From Eledone cirrhosa (taxonomy: Eukaryota), in the NCBI GenBank assembly GCA_964016885.1, contig OZ024751.1:53831848-53895847 (forward strand): a DNA stretch of 64,000 nt, in the 5' to 3' direction. Shown one piece after another: positions 1 through 13,269 of this stretch. The notes beneath the pieces were generated by a model. That model did not search any database. It had not been told where the DNA came from and was given only the letters and a program-made list of their open reading frames with translations. How positions within the stretch are numbered: position 1 is the stretch's first letter; the number at the start of each line of letters is the position of its first letter. Both the position numbers and the translations under genes were made by a program.

Positions 1-1745
1 CCAGAGCATCCCCTTTACCTTTGTAGCAATTTATGAGAATACTGCTGCACCAGTCTTTGGGTATGACACCACCATATATAGCCTGATTGATGATGCGTGC
101 AACCAGTTTAATGCCTACGTCCCCTGATGCCTTCAGCATCTCAGCAACTATTCCCGATGGTCCAGCAGCCTTACCATTTTTCATTTCCCTAATCGCCTCT
201 TAGACCCTATATTCGTCAATCTCAATAGCTGGTCCCTCTGTCGGATCTACTAAGGGGAATTTCTCTCTCTCCCATTCGTTCTCCACATTCATCAGTCTCT
301 CATAATGACATTTCCAGGCCTCCTTTTTCTGATCATTCGTGACACTAAGTACACCGGCATCATCCCGGACACATTTATCTCCAACAACATCCTGATTTGC
401 ATTGACACACTGCCTTGCAATGTGGAACACCGCACACCTCTGATCTTTCCGTTGCAGAACATTGGCAAACCTCCTACTCTCCGTCTCCCTGTGTGCTAAG
501 TACACCTGACATATAGCTTCTCTCTTAGTGGCTGTATATTCTTCCCTACTCCCACCCTTTTTCCAAGCCTTCCATGCTAGTCTTTTGTCTCTAATAGCCT
601 TATCTACTGTGCTGTTCCACCACCAGGTCACTCTCTGTCTGGTTGGAGCTCTGCTCCAGCCACAAGTTTCATCAGTAGCCTGCAGCAAGTTGTCACGTAA
701 GAAATTCCAGTTATTATCTATGTCATACGTCTCTAAATCGACTTCTTTTTCGTCATATACATCTTGAAGGGCTTTCCTAAATTTGTATTTTAGTGAAAGG
801 TCTTTTAGCTTCCAGACCTTTCTTCTCCACACCTTCCTGTATGTCTCATTCCATCTCTTGCTTACTGAGATATCACTAACGACTAACCTATGCTGTGGGG
901 TACATTCTTCCCCAGGGTATGCCTTGGTATTAGACACTATCTGCCTGTCCCGCTGCCTAACTAGTAAGAAGTCAATCTGGCTTATGTGCTCACCAGATTT
1001 GTAGGTTATTAGGTGATTGGCAGGTTTCTGGAAGTTTGTGTTGCAAATAGTCAATGTACCTGCATCACAAAATTCAAGAAGTCTCACTCCTTCTTCATTT
1101 TTTGAGCCGTAACTGTGCCCACCATGTACCCCAGTGTAACCATCCTGGAGCTGTCCAACATGACCATTGAAGTCTCCTGCTAGCATAACGATGTCTCCAT
1201 CCGCTGTCATTGCGGTTGTTTGTAAAAGTTGCTTGTAAAAGCAGTCTTTCTCATCTTTGCCTAGGCCTGCTTGGGGAGCATAGGCCGAGATGATTGTCAG
1301 TAGTCTCCTACCTACAACTAATCTAAGCTTAATTATTCGATTACTAACTCGAACTACCTCTATTGTCTTATTGATCCATTTCTCAGCCAGGAAAATGCCT
1401 ACTCCCCCTAACCCATCATCCTTACCTACCCAGAATAGCTTATAGCTAAGACGCTTGCCTATGACTAGTCTCGCAGAGGCACCTCTCCATCTCACCTCTT
1501 GCACGCAGCACACATCCACCTGCCTTCTCTCCAGCATCTCTGCTATTTCACCAGATCTACCTGTGACAGTGCCAACATTAAGTGTTGCAACTCTGAGATG
1601 TGACGTCTTCATATTTTCTTGTTCCTATTTGTTGCTGTGCTGATAAGTGTTTTGGCATTGATACACTGGTTGGATGCCCTCCCTAACACCAGCGCCACTT
1701 TACAGCATGGACTGGGTGCTTTTATTTGTGCCACCAGCACTAGAG
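1..1745 (-). mobile_element. RTE-clade LINE, 5' part, running off the left edge
   Basis: APE endonuclease ORF 200..1612, preceded by an RTE-type 5' UTR motif (GGTGTTAGGGAGGGCATCC on minus strand, ~1660-1745). RT-proximal coding continues in another frame to base 1. Confidence 0.9.
200..1612 (-). pseudogene. RTE ORF, APE endonuclease and linker, frameshifted near 200
   Basis: Motifs TLNVGT, CVQEVRW, AYAPQ, GDFNGHVG, QIDF, QHRLV, TWWWN. Confidence 0.88.
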
Positions 1746-1839
1746 AGGATGTCTTACTAGACTCAAGGGCCCTCTCTACCCCTCCATTTTACAGCATGGT
1801 CATTAAAAAAACAAGAAAACAAAAAAAAAAACACTTATT

Positions 1840-1881
<42 letters not shown>

Positions 1882-1945
1882 AAAAAAAGGAACAGAATGA
1901 CTTCACTTGTAAAGTTAACAAATTTATGATTTAATGTTATAATAT

Positions 1946-2131
1946 AATTGTTTCTACTTTTGGCACAAGGCCAGCAATTAACCAGTGCATTACTGGTACT
2001 TTATTTTATCGACCCTGTAAAGATGAAAGGCAAAGTTAACCTCGGCGGGATTTGAACTCAGAATGGCAAGGGCCATAACACTATGCGTCAAAGCATGGTG
2101 TCCGACCCTCTACCGATACTGCCAATCCACC
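1946..2131 (-). mobile_element. tRNA-derived SINE, family A
   Basis: Minus strand has A-box-like TGGCAGTATCGG and B box GAGTTCAAATCC; near-identical copies at 12733 and 49015-49371. Confidence 0.85.
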
Positions 2132-2199
2132 AATTGTAATGGTGAGTAGATAGATGTGTAAAATAGTAATGAGAGTAACAATAATAATAACATGAAAAG

Positions 2200-2403
2200 A
2201 AATATATATATATATATAAATAACGAAGGAATTGTGGTGAAGAACCAGATGGACCGTAATGCACCAAAGTACTCAATACTTAGGGTAGTAGAGTGGGTAA
2301 TAGGAACAAGTATGACCTCGATGGCTATTTCTGGACTCAAATGTCCAGAAATAGCTATCGAAACGGCTTGAGCTCTGCCGTCGAGGTCATACTTGTTCCT
2401 ATA
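2200..2403. mobile_element. Fold-back remnant of a PLE pseudo-LTR with a partial hammerhead
   Basis: 22-bp inverted repeat 2300-2321/2381-2402 encloses a 17-bp stem and GAAAC-GGC..GCC-GTC; (TA)n on both sides. Confidence 0.6.
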
Positions 2404-2714
2404 TAAATATATATATATATATATATAGGATGAGAGAGAGAGAGGTGGTGACTATGTGTGTGTGTATGTGAGTGTGTTGGTGTGAGTAAGAGGGTTGATT
2501 GTGTATGTATGTGTGAATGAGAAAAAGCCCAGTTTACAGTTCTAAGACTTCAATTAATGCTACAATTGTTGTAGAGTGACAGATAGAAAAAGAGGAGTCA
2601 CATATTACTTCTTTTGAATATGACATTGGTACAATGGAAGTCTTCAAATTATTGTCAATACTCTTCATTCTGCTGTTGAATGCTGGATATTGGTTCTTGT
2701 TGGCTGTCTGTTTA

Positions 2715-3012
2715 GTTGCTATTGCTGGTGTTGTTGTTGTTGCTGGTTTTGTTGTTGTTGCTGGTGTTGTTGCTGCTGGTGTTGTTGTTGCTGGTTTTGT
2801 TGTTGCTGGTGTTGTTGCTGGTGTTGTCGTTGTTGTTGGTGTTGTTGTTGTTGCTGGTTTTGTTGTTGCTGGTGTTGTCGTTGTTGTTGGTGATGTTGTT
2901 GCTGGTGTTGCTGCTGCTTGTGTTGTTGCTGCTGCTTTGTTGTTGCTTTTCTCAACATCTTTGTTGATGTTGCTTTTGATGTCTTTATTATTATTGTTGT
3001 TGTTGTTGTTGT
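2715..3012. repeat. Degenerate (GTT/GCT/GGT)n trinucleotide array
   Basis: Direct reading. Confidence 0.9.
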
Positions 3013-3094
3013 AGTCGATTTTCATTATCATCATTGTTGGTGTTGTTACTCGTGCTTTTAGCTGTTGATGTTTTTGTTTTCTTCAGCCCTAACC

Positions 3095-3348
3095 ATAACA
3101 ACAACAAGAACCATAGCAACAACAGCAACACCAACAGCAACAGCAACAACAACAACAACAACAACAACAGCAACAGCAGCAACAACGGCAACAGCAGCAA
3201 CAGCAGCAGAAACAGCAACAACAGCAGCAGCAGCAGCAACAGCAACAGAAGCAACAGCAGCAGCAGCAGCAGCAACAGAAACAGCAGCAACAGCAGCAGC
3301 AACAGCAACAACAACAGCAGAAACAGCAGCAGCAGCAACAGCAACAGC

Positions 3349-3383
<35 letters not shown>

Positions 3384-3732
3384 CAACAACAGCAGCAGCA
3401 ACAGCAACAGCAACAGCAGTAACAACAACAACATCAGCAGCAGCAGCAACAACAGCAGCAGCAACAGCAGCAGCAACAACAGCAACAGCAGCAACAGCAG
3501 CAGCAACAGCAGCAGCAGCAACAGCATCAGCAGCAGCAGCAACAGCAGCAACTGCAACAGCAACAACAACAGCAGCAACAGCATCAACAGCAACAACAGC
3601 AGCAGCAACAGCAGCAGCAATAACAGCAACAACAACAGCAACAGCAACAGCAACAACAACAGCAACAGCATCAGCAACAGCAGCAACAGCAGCAGCAGCA
3701 ACAGCAGCAGCAACAGCAGCAACAGCAGCAGT
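3095..3732. repeat. (CAG/CAA)n trinucleotide array
   Basis: Direct reading. Confidence 0.95.
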
Positions 3733-3879
3733 AGTTATTGCTTGACAAGTAGAAACATCTTGAGAAGTTCCTCCTGACAAATTGATGTTAATTATTCTAA
3801 AAATGATGGAGAAATATTAGACAACATTCTAGAAATACATAAATAATCAAATTACTGATTAGTTATTCGATATATAACA

Positions 3880-6570
3880 TGTTGTTGTTGTTGTGGTTGT
3901 TGTAGTGGTGGTGGTTGTGGTGGTTGTTGTTGTGGTGGTTGTGGTGGTGGTGGTGGTGGTTGTAGTGGTGGTGGTTGTGGTGGTTGTGGTTGTTGTGGTG
4001 GTTGTTGTAGTGGTGATGGTTGTGGTGGTTGTTGTTGTTGTGGTTGTGGTGGTGGTTGTTGTGGTGGTGGTTGTGGTGGTGGTGGTTGTGGTGGTTGTGG
4101 TTGTTGTGGTGGTTGTTGTAGTGGTGATGGTTGTGGTGGTTGTTGTTGTTGTGGTGGTGGTTGTGGTTGTTGTAGTGGTGGTGGTTGTGGTGGTTGTTGT
4201 TGTTGTGGTGGTGGTTGTGGTTGTTGTGGTGGTGGTTGTGGTTGTTGTGGTGGTTGTTGTAGTGGTGGTGGTTGTGGTGGTTGTTGTTGTTGTGGTTGTG
4301 GTGGTGGTTGTTGTGGTGGTGGTTGTGGTGGTGGTGGTTGTGGTGGTTGTGGTTGTTGTGGTGGTTGTTGTAGTGGTGGTGGTTGTGGTGGTTGTTGTTG
4401 TTGTGGTGGTGGTTGTGGTTGTTGTAGTGGTGGTGGTTGTGGTGGTTGTTGTTGTTGTGGTGGTGGTTGTGGTTGTTGTGGTGGTGGTTGTGGTTGTTGT
4501 GGTGGTTGTTGTAGTGGTGGTGGTTGTGGTGGTTGTGGTTGTTGTGGTGGTTGTTGTAGTGGTGGTGGTTGTGGTGGTTGTTGTTGTTGTGGTGGTGGTT
4601 GTGGTTGTTGTAGTGGTGGTGGTTGTGGTGGTTGTTGTTGTTGTGGTGGTGGTTGTGGTTGTTGTGGTGGTTGTTGTAGTGGTGGTGGTTGTGGTGGTTG
4701 TTGTTGTTGTGGTGGTGGTTGTGGTGGTTGTTGTTGTGGTGGTTGTGGTGGTGGTGGTGGTTGTTGTTGTGGTTGTAGTGGTGGTTGTAGTGGTGACTGT
4801 TGCTGTGGTGGCTGTTGTTGTGGTTGTTGTAGTGGTGGTGGTTGTGGTTGTTGTTGTTGTTGTGGTTGTAGTGGTGGTGGTTGTTGTTGTGGTGGTGGTT
4901 GTGGTGGTTGTTGTTGTTGTGGTGGTTGTGGTGGTGGTGGTGGTTGTTGTTGTGGTTGTAGTGGTGGTTGTAGTGGTGACTGTTGCTGTGGTGGCTGTTG
5001 AGGTGGCTGTTATTGTGGTTGTGGTTGTGGTGGTGGTTGTGGTTGTTGTAGTGGTGGTGGTTGTTGTTGTTGTGGTGGTTGTGGTGGTGGTGGTGGTTGT
5101 TGTTGTGGTTGTAGTGGTGGTTGTAGTGGTGACTGTTGCTGTGGTGGCTGTTGTTGTGGTTGTTGTAGTGGTGGTGGTTGTGGTTGTTGTTGTTGTTGTG
5201 GTTGTAGTGGTGGTGGTTGTTGTTGTGGTGGTGGTTGTGGTGGTTGTTGTTGTTGTGGTGGTTGTAGTGGTGGTGGTGGTGGTGGTGGTGGTTGTTGTTG
5301 TTGTGGTTGTGGTGGTTGTTGTGGTTGTAGTGGTGGTGGTTGTTGTTGTGGTTGTAGTGGTGGTTGTTGTGGTGACTGTTGCTGTGGTGGCTGTTGTGGT
5401 GGTGGCGGTGGTGGTTGTGTAGTGGTGGTGGTTGTGGTGGTTGTTGTTGTTGTGGTTGTAGTGGTGGTGGTTGTTGTTGATGTGGTGGTTGTGGTGGTGG
5501 TGGTTGTTGTTGTGGTGGTGGTTGTGGTGGTTGTTGTTGTTGTGGTTGTAGTGGTGGTGGTTGTTGTTGTTGTGGTGGTTGTGGTGGTGACTGTTGCTGT
5601 GGTGGCTGTTGTGGTTGTTGTTGTTGTGGTGGTTGTAGTGGTGGTGGTGGTTGTTGTTGTTGTGGTTGTAGTGGTGGTTGTAGTGGTGACTGTTGCTGTG
5701 GTGGCTGTTGTGGTGGTGGTGGTTGTAGTGATGGTTGTTGCTGTGGTGGCTGTTGTAGTGGTGGTAGTGGTGGTTGTAGTGGTGACTGTTGCTGTGGTGG
5801 CTGTTGCTGTGGTGGCTGTAGTGGTGGCTGTTATTGTAGTGGTGACTGTTGTAGTGGTGGCTGTTGTGGTGGTGGTAGTGGTGGTTGTGTAGTGGTGGTT
5901 GTTGTTGTGGTGGTTGTAGTGGCGGTTGTAGTGGTGGCTGTTGTGGTGGTTGTTGTAGTGGTGACTGTTGTTGTGGTGGCTGTTGTTGAAGTGGTGACTG
6001 TTGTTGTGGTGGCTCTTGTGGTGCTGGTGGTTGTAGTGGTGGCTGTTGCTGTGGTGGCTGTTGTAGTGGTGCTTGTAGTGGTGGCTGTTGTTGTGGTGGC
6101 TGTTGTAGTGGTGGTTGTTGTTGTTGTGGGGTGGCTGTTGTTGTGGTGGTAGTTGTTGTTGTGGTGGCTGTTGTGGTGGTGGTTGTAGTTCTGGCTGTTG
6201 TTATTTTGGTGGTGGTGGTTGCTGTTGTTGTGGTGGCTGTTGTTGTGGTGGTTGTTGTGGTTGTTGTTGTTGTTGTGGTTGTAGTGGTGGTTGTTGTGGT
6301 TGTTGTTGTTGGTGATGGTGGCTGAAGTTATGGCTGTTGTAGTGGTGGCGGTTGTAGTGGTGGTTGTTGTTGTTGTTATTGTGGTGGTTGTGGTTGCTGT
6401 TGTTGGTGGGTTTCGTTATGTTGTGGTTGTTGTTGTTGTGGTGATTGTTGTCATTGTTGTTTATGTTGTTGCGGTTGTTGTTGTTGCCATTTTTGTTTTT
6501 GTTTTTGTTTGTTTTTGGTTTATTGTAGTTGTTATCATGGTTGTTGTTGTGGTGGTTGTTGTTGTTATCA
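3880..6570. repeat. (GTT/GTG/GTA)n compound array
   Basis: Direct reading; source of the poly-Val ORFs. Confidence 0.95.
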
Positions 6571-8632
6571 TTGTGGGAGTTGTTGATGTTATTGTTGTGG
6601 GAGTTGTTGATGTTGTTATTGTTGTGGGAGTTGTTGATGTTGTTATTGTTGTGGGAGTTGTTGATGTTGTTATTGTTGTGGGAGTTGTTGATGTTGTTAT
6701 TGTTGTGGGAGTTGTTGATGTTGTTATTGTTGTGGGAGTTGTTGTTGTTGTTATTGTTGTGGGAGTTGTTGTTGTTATTGTTGTGGGAGTTGTTGTTGTT
6801 GTTATTGTTGTGGGAGTTGTTGATGTTGTTGTTATTATTGTTATTGTTGTGGGAGTTGTTGATGTTGTTGTTATTGTTGTGGGAGTTGTTGATGTTGTTA
6901 TTGTTGTGGGAGTTGTTGATGTTGTTGTTATTGTTGTGGGAGTTGTTGATGTTGTTATTGTTGCGGGAGTTGTTGATGTTGTTATTGTTGTGGGAGTTGT
7001 TGTTGTTGTTATTGTTGTGGGAGTTGTTGTTGTTATTGTTGTGGGAGTTGTTGTTGTTGTTATTGTTGTGGGAGTTGTTGATGTTGTTATTGTTGTGGGA
7101 GTTGTTGTTGTTATTGTTGTGGGAGTTGTTGTTGTTGTTATTGTTGTGGGAGTTGTTGATGTTGTTGTTATTATTGTTATTGTTGTGGGAGTTGTTGATG
7201 TTGTTGTTATTATTGTTATTGTTGTGGGAGTTGTTGATGTTGTTGTTGTTGTGGGAGTTGTTGATGTTGTTATTGTTGTGGGAGTTGTTGTTGTTGTTAT
7301 TGTTGTGGGAGTTGTTGTTGTTATTGTTGTGGGAGTTGTTGTTGTTGTTATTGTTGTGGGAGTTGTTGATGTTGTTGTTATTATTGTTATTGTTGTGGGA
7401 GTTGTTGATGTTGTTGTTATTGTTGTGGGAGTTGTTGATGTTGTTATTGTTGTGGGAGTTGTTGATGTTGTTGTTATTGTTGTGGGAGTTGTTGATGTTG
7501 TTATTGTTGCGGGAGTTGTTGATGTTGTTATTGTTGTGGGAGTTGTTGTTGTTGTTATTGTTGTGGGAGTTGTTGTTGTTATTGTTGTGGGAGTTGTTGT
7601 TGTTGTTATTGTTGTGGGAGTTGTTGATGTTGTTATTGTTGTGGGAGTTGTTGATGTTGTTATTGTTGTGGGAGTTGTTGTTGTTATTGTTGTGGGAGTT
7701 GTTGTTGTTATTGTTGTGGGAGTTATTGTTGTTATTGTTGTGGGAGTTGTTGTTGTTGTTATTGTTGTGGGAGTTGTTGATGTTGTTATTGTTGTGGGAG
7801 TTGTTGATGTTGTTGTTATTGTTGTGGGAGTTGTTGATGTTGTTATTGTTGTGGGAGTTGTTGATGTTGTTATTGTTGCGGGAGTTATTGATGTTGTTGT
7901 TGTTGTGGGAGTTGTTGATGTTGTTATTGTTGTGGGAGTTGTTGATGTTGTTATTGTTGTGGGAGTTGTTGATGTTATTGTTGTGGGAGTTGTTGATGTT
8001 GTTATTGTTGTGGGAGTTGTTGATGTTGTTATTGTTGTGGGAGTTGTTGATGTTGTTATTGTTGTGGGAGTTGTTGATGTTGTTATTGTTGTGGGAGTTG
8101 TTGATGTTGTTATTGTTGTGGGAGTTGTTGATGTTGTTATTGTTGTGGGAGTTGTTGATGTTGTTGTTGTTGTGGGAGTTGTTGATGTTGTTATTGTTGT
8201 GGGAGTTGTTGATGTTGTTATTGTTGTGGGAGTTGTTGTTGTTGTTATTGTTGTGGGAGTTGTTGATGTTGTTATTGTTGTGGGAGTTGTTGATGTTGTT
8301 GTTGTTGTGGGAGTTGTTGATGTTGTTATTGTTGTGGGAGTTATTGATGTTGTTATTGTTGTGGGAGTTGTTGATGTTGTTATTGTTGTGGGAGTTGTTG
8401 TTGTTGTTATTGTTGTGGGAGTTATTGATGTTGTTATTGTTGTGGGAGTTGTTGATGTTGTTATTGTTGTGGGAGTTGTTGATGTTGTTATTGTTGTGGG
8501 AGTTGTTGATGTTGTTATTGTTGTGGGAGTTGTTGATGTTGTTGTTGTTGTGGGAGTTGTTGATGTTGTTGTTATTGTTGTGGGAGTTGTTGATGTTGTT
8601 GTTGTTGTGGGAGTTGTTGATGTTGTTGTTAT
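6571..8632. repeat. 27-bp minisatellite GGGAGTTGTTGATGTTGTTATTGTTGT with +/-3 bp variants
   Basis: Regular GGGA landmark over about 2 kb. Confidence 0.95.
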
Positions 8633-8647
8633 TCTTCACTTGTGTTG

Positions 8648-8649
<2 letters not shown>

Positions 8650-8712
<63 letters not shown>
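8650..8712. repeat. (GT)n microsatellite
   Basis: Direct reading. Confidence 0.95.
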
Positions 8713-8717
<5 letters not shown>

Positions 8718-8761
8718 AGCCTATGTCTCTGTTATATATGTTTGTCATTTGGGCCTATTGA

Positions 8762-9680
8762 CTATGATGATGATGATGATGAATGAAGACTTGATGATAA
8801 TGAACTTGATGTTGATGATGTTGATGATGTTGTTAATGACAGCCAGTAATTATGATGATAGGAAGGGCAATGGTGATAGTTACATTAATAATAGTGTAGA
8901 AGTTGATGATGATGATGATGATGATTGTGATGATGATGATGATTGTGATGATGATGATGATTATGATGACGATTGTGATGATGATGATGACGATGATGTT
9001 GATGATTGTGATAGTGACAGAGATGAGAATAGTGAGTGTTGCTGGTGATAGTGATGATGGTGATGATGGTGATGGTGGTGATGGTGATGATGGTGGTGGT
9101 GATGGTGGTGATGGTGATGATGGTGGTCGTGGTGGTGATGGTGGTGATGGTGGTGGTGGTGATGATGGTGATGATGGTGATGGTGGTGATGGTGGTGGTG
9201 GTGGTGATGGTGATGATGGTGGTGGTGATGGTGATGATGGTGATGGTGATGATTGTGGTGATGGTGATGATGGTGGTGAAGGTGATGATGGTGGTGGTGG
9301 TGATGGTGATGATGGTGGTGATGGTGGTGATGGTGGTGATGCTGATGATGGTGATGATGGTGATGGTGATGATGGTGATGGTGGTGATGGTGGTGATGGT
9401 GATGATGGTGGTGATGGTGGTGATGGTGATGATGGTTGTGATGATGGTGATGGTGATGGTGGTGGTGATGCTGATGATGGTGATGATGGTGATGGTGATG
9501 ATGGTGATGGTGATGAGGGTGATGGTGATGGTGGTGGTGATGGTGATGATGGTGATGATGGTGATGGTGATGATGGTGATGACAATGTCAATGATAATAA
9601 TGTCGAAGGTGATAGTGATGTTGATGGTGCTGATGATAATGGTTATGGTGATAGACATGATAATGATGATGATGATGTGG
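8762..9680. repeat. (GAT/GGT)n array
   Basis: Direct reading. Confidence 0.95.
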
Positions 9681-9823
9681 GAAATGGTGAGTATTTTGAT
9701 GATTATTAAGAAAGCAGTGATAATATATATGACAGTTAAGAGGTTGATGAAAGGAGACAAAGGAAATTAGTGAAAAAGAAAGAGAGAGGGTGGTGGCAGT
9801 GGCAGATATAATAGATATAGAGA

Positions 9824-10213
9824 TGGAGGCACATGGCTTAGTGGTTAGAGCATTGGGCTTGCAATAGAAAGGTTGTGAGTTCAATTCTCAGACCGGGTGA
9901 TGTGTTGTTTCCTTGAGCAAGACACTTTATTTCACATTGCTCCAGTTTACTCAGCTGTAGAAATGAGATGATAGGACTGGGGTCCATATCATTCCACTGC
10001 AAAGTGGTCGTGGAGGTGCCATGGCAAAAAATGCACCCAGTACTCACTGTAAATGAGGTTGGTGTTAGGAAGGGTATCCAGTTGCAGAAATCAAGCCAGA
10101 ATCAGTTCCAGTATGAGCAAGACAAGGTCAGCCGACCGGACACTGCCCACAACAGGACAACCCGTCTAACCCATGCTAGCGTGGAAGAATGGATGTAAAA
10201 CGGGGATGATGAT
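9824..10213 (+). mobile_element. tRNA-derived SINE, family B, with RTE-related body and tail
   Basis: A box TGGCTTAGTGG and B box GAGTTCAATTCT. Carries GGTTGGTGTTAGGAAGGG and the CCCATGC..GTGGAA..GGATG tail ending in (GAT)n, both shared with the RTE 3' end at 16900-17286. Confidence 0.85.
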
Positions 10214-10542
10214 ATATATATATATATATATACAGTTCCCAGTCATTCAAAGCTGGCAATCCCTTTTCTATGTCAACAATAAGTAGCTGACATCTGCATC
10301 AGCAATAATTAAGAAAATATCAACAAAATGATGAGGACAAAAAAATACTATCACCCTTGTACAAGTACAAAACAGGGGATTTACCTAATCCTTTTAGTAA
10401 ATCCCTGGTTTAATTTTCCACAGTGCTTCCATAATATTCCACTATATTCTACAATATTTCCTAATATTCCATAATATACCATAGCATTTCTACAACACAC
10501 CGCAATATTCTACAACACACATATATCTTAAATTATCACAAT

Positions 10543-11018
10543 CAAACAAACATCACTACCAACTTACTAGCTAGAATCATTAAAACAAACATCACTACCA
10601 ACTTACTAGCTAGAAGCATTAAAACAAACATCACTACTAACTTACTAGCTAGAAGCATTAAAATAAACATCACTACCAACTTACTAGCTAGAAGCATTAA
10701 AACAAACATCACTACCAACTTACTAGCTAGAAGCATTAAAACAAACATCACTACCAACTTACTAGCTAGAAGCATTAAAACAAACATCACTACCAACTTA
10801 CTAGCTAGAAGCATTAAAACAAACATCATTACCAACTTACTAGCTAGAAGCATTAAAACAAACATCACTACCAACTTACTAGCTAGAAGCATTAAAACAA
10901 ACATCACTACCAACTTACTAGCTAGAAGCATTAAAACAAACATCATTACCAACTTACTAGCTAGAAGCATTAAAACAAACATCATTACCAACTTACTAGC
11001 TAGAAGCATTAAAACAAA
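10543..11018. repeat. 39-bp minisatellite, about 12 near-identical units (AAAACAAACATCACTACCAACTTACTAGCTAGAAGCATT)
   Basis: Direct reading. Confidence 0.95.
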
Positions 11019-11533
11019 GATCAATTCTACCAATGATTTATATATTTACTAGCTAAAATTCTTGTCATTGGAATTTAGAAATCAGAACTTGATTTAATTT
11101 CTGAACTATGGTAGTTTTAAAATAATATTTTCAATTATGATATGGTGGAATACAAGGAATATAGGGGAATGTTGTGGAATGCTGTGGACATACAGTAGGC
11201 ATACAGAAGAAAAATTGTAGATATAAAATAGAATACAATGAATTATAACGTTACATTCCTTCCTACAAGTTAAAATTTGGTGATAAAAGTTTCATTGAAC
11301 ATAAGAAATTTACACATTTATGAATGAATGAAGGCAGGAAGGAACTTTCTAGAGCAGCATCTAATGGCATTCAATAGTGAAAATAACCTTTGACATTTAT
11401 TTATGTTTGGCAAGAATAATACACCATTTAGTACTGAATTATGCACACATACATATATAGATATATACATATTGAAATCAGTAAAATAATAAAAGAATAT
11501 GTGCATGCATTTATGTATACATGTGTGTGTGTG

Positions 11534-11583
<50 letters not shown>

Positions 11584-11631
11584 AATACATATATAATGAT
11601 TTTTATGTGACATTCAGTACATCACCACCTA

Positions 11632-11662
<31 letters not shown>

Positions 11663-11672
11663 CAAATATATA

Positions 11673-11708
<36 letters not shown>

Positions 11709-12001
11709 CGTATATATATATACATATATATATATATATGCAAGCACACACACATATACATACATATGTATGTATGTGTGTATATATATATATAAATGTA
11801 TTACATAATTGATAATTTGTGAGCACCAAGAAAATGGCAAGATGATATTCTATCTCTACCTTGTTGCAATTTTTTTCCATCTATGTATATATATATATAT
11901 ATATGTTGACTATGTAACTCCATCTCTTTCTTTTAAGTGTGAAACTAACAAGACTTTATGTTAATGCATCCTCTTGTTTGTTCGTTTCTTGTTTCCTTTA
12001 T

Positions 12002-12033
<32 letters not shown>

Positions 12034-12230
12034 TTTACGTCCGCTTTTCCTTGCTTGCAAGGGTGGGACGGGAACTGATTCTGGCTTGATTTCTACAGCT
12101 GGATGCCCTTCCTAACACCAACCTCATTTACAGTGAGTACTGGGTGCTTTTTGCCGTGGCACCTCCACGACCACTTTGCAATGGAATGATAGGTACTCCA
12201 GTCCCTATCATCTCATTTCTACAGCTGAGT
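12002..12230 (-). mobile_element. 5'-truncated family B SINE
   Basis: Reverse complement of about 9948-10213 with (CAT)n tail. Confidence 0.8.
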
Positions 12231-12732
12231 ATATATATATATATATCATCATCATCTTACGTCCGCTTTTCCCTGCTTACATATACACACGTAATTATAC
12301 ATAACTAAAATTTGTCACGAATATACATATCACAATGAAAAGAGATCCCTAGAATAATCTCATTCAGCGAAGCAAGCCTCTTGTTTTAGGTTGCTTGACT
12401 AGGGAAAGATGCTTGTGAAGTGTTCTTTTAGATTACTTTACTGTAATCTACTCCTCACTGATTTTGTATATAAGACGATCTCTCTCTCTTTCCCTCTCTC
12501 TCCCCTCTCTTTCTCTTCTGTTTTTGTATTTGTTTTGTAAAATTCTTGATGTGGAATTATCTATTAAAACATATATTGTTATACTTTCGAAATGTCAAGC
12601 TGCCAATCCTAAACACACACATCAGTTGAGTTTTCACTTCAATTTTATTATTATTTATTCAACTAACCCATTCCTCCAGATGGTTATTTAACCCTTTAGC
12701 ATTTACATTACTCTATATATACTATATATATA

Positions 12733-12921
12733 GGCAGTGGATTGGCAGTATCGGTAGAGGGTCGGACGCCATGCTTTTATGCAAAGAGTTACGGCCCTTT
12801 CCATTCTGAGTTCAAATCCCGCCAAGGTTAACTTTGCCTTTCATCCTTATGGGGTCGATAAAATAAAGTACCAGTATACACTGGTGTAATTGCTGGCCTT
12901 GTGCCAAAAGTAGAAACAATT
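12733..12921 (+). mobile_element. tRNA-derived SINE, family A
   Basis: Homologous to 1946-2131; flanked by repeated ATTACTCTATATAT (probable TSD). Confidence 0.85.
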
Positions 12922-12944
12922 ACTCTATATATGCTACTATATAT

Positions 12945-13269
12945 GCTACGCTGCCCGGGGTTTGAAATGCAACAAAGAATAAACAAACGATAATATTAGT
13001 GATTTATCTTCAAATGAATCTGATGTTTATATTTCTGTCAATAAAGTTGGTTATCTCCCTTACATCAATTTTGCTACCGATAATTTTGATATCGATTTTT
13101 TATTGCTCAACGTGGGTCGATTTGAAAAATGTTTGTGATGTGACAATCTTAGCGACCTGTGTAACGTGCACAGAAAATTTGCTCAAATTCAGTTGGTAAT
13201 TATAAAAGCCTTAAGTATGCAAAGTTGTACACAGACACACACACATCCTCGCTTTTATATATATAAAGA
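12945..13269 (-). mobile_element. Possible non-autonomous Helitron-like element
   Basis: Minus strand starts TCTTTATATATATAAAAG followed by (TG)n and has CCCGGGCAGCG near the 3' end; no terminal CTAG found. Confidence 0.4.

Noticed and set aside
2534-3034. Mucin-like Thr-rich exon
   Set aside because: Mostly repeat-derived with no recognisable domain; cannot be supported without transcripts.
3034-9770. Long poly-Val, Asn, Leu, Ala and Gly/Asp ORFs
   Set aside because: Open in several frames on both strands purely because of trinucleotide repeats.
9824-9900. tRNA gene
   Set aside because: A/B boxes continue into a SINE body and tail; no complete cloverleaf.
10543-11018. CRISPR-like array
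   Set aside because: Contiguous units with no unique spacers, no cas genes, eukaryotic context.
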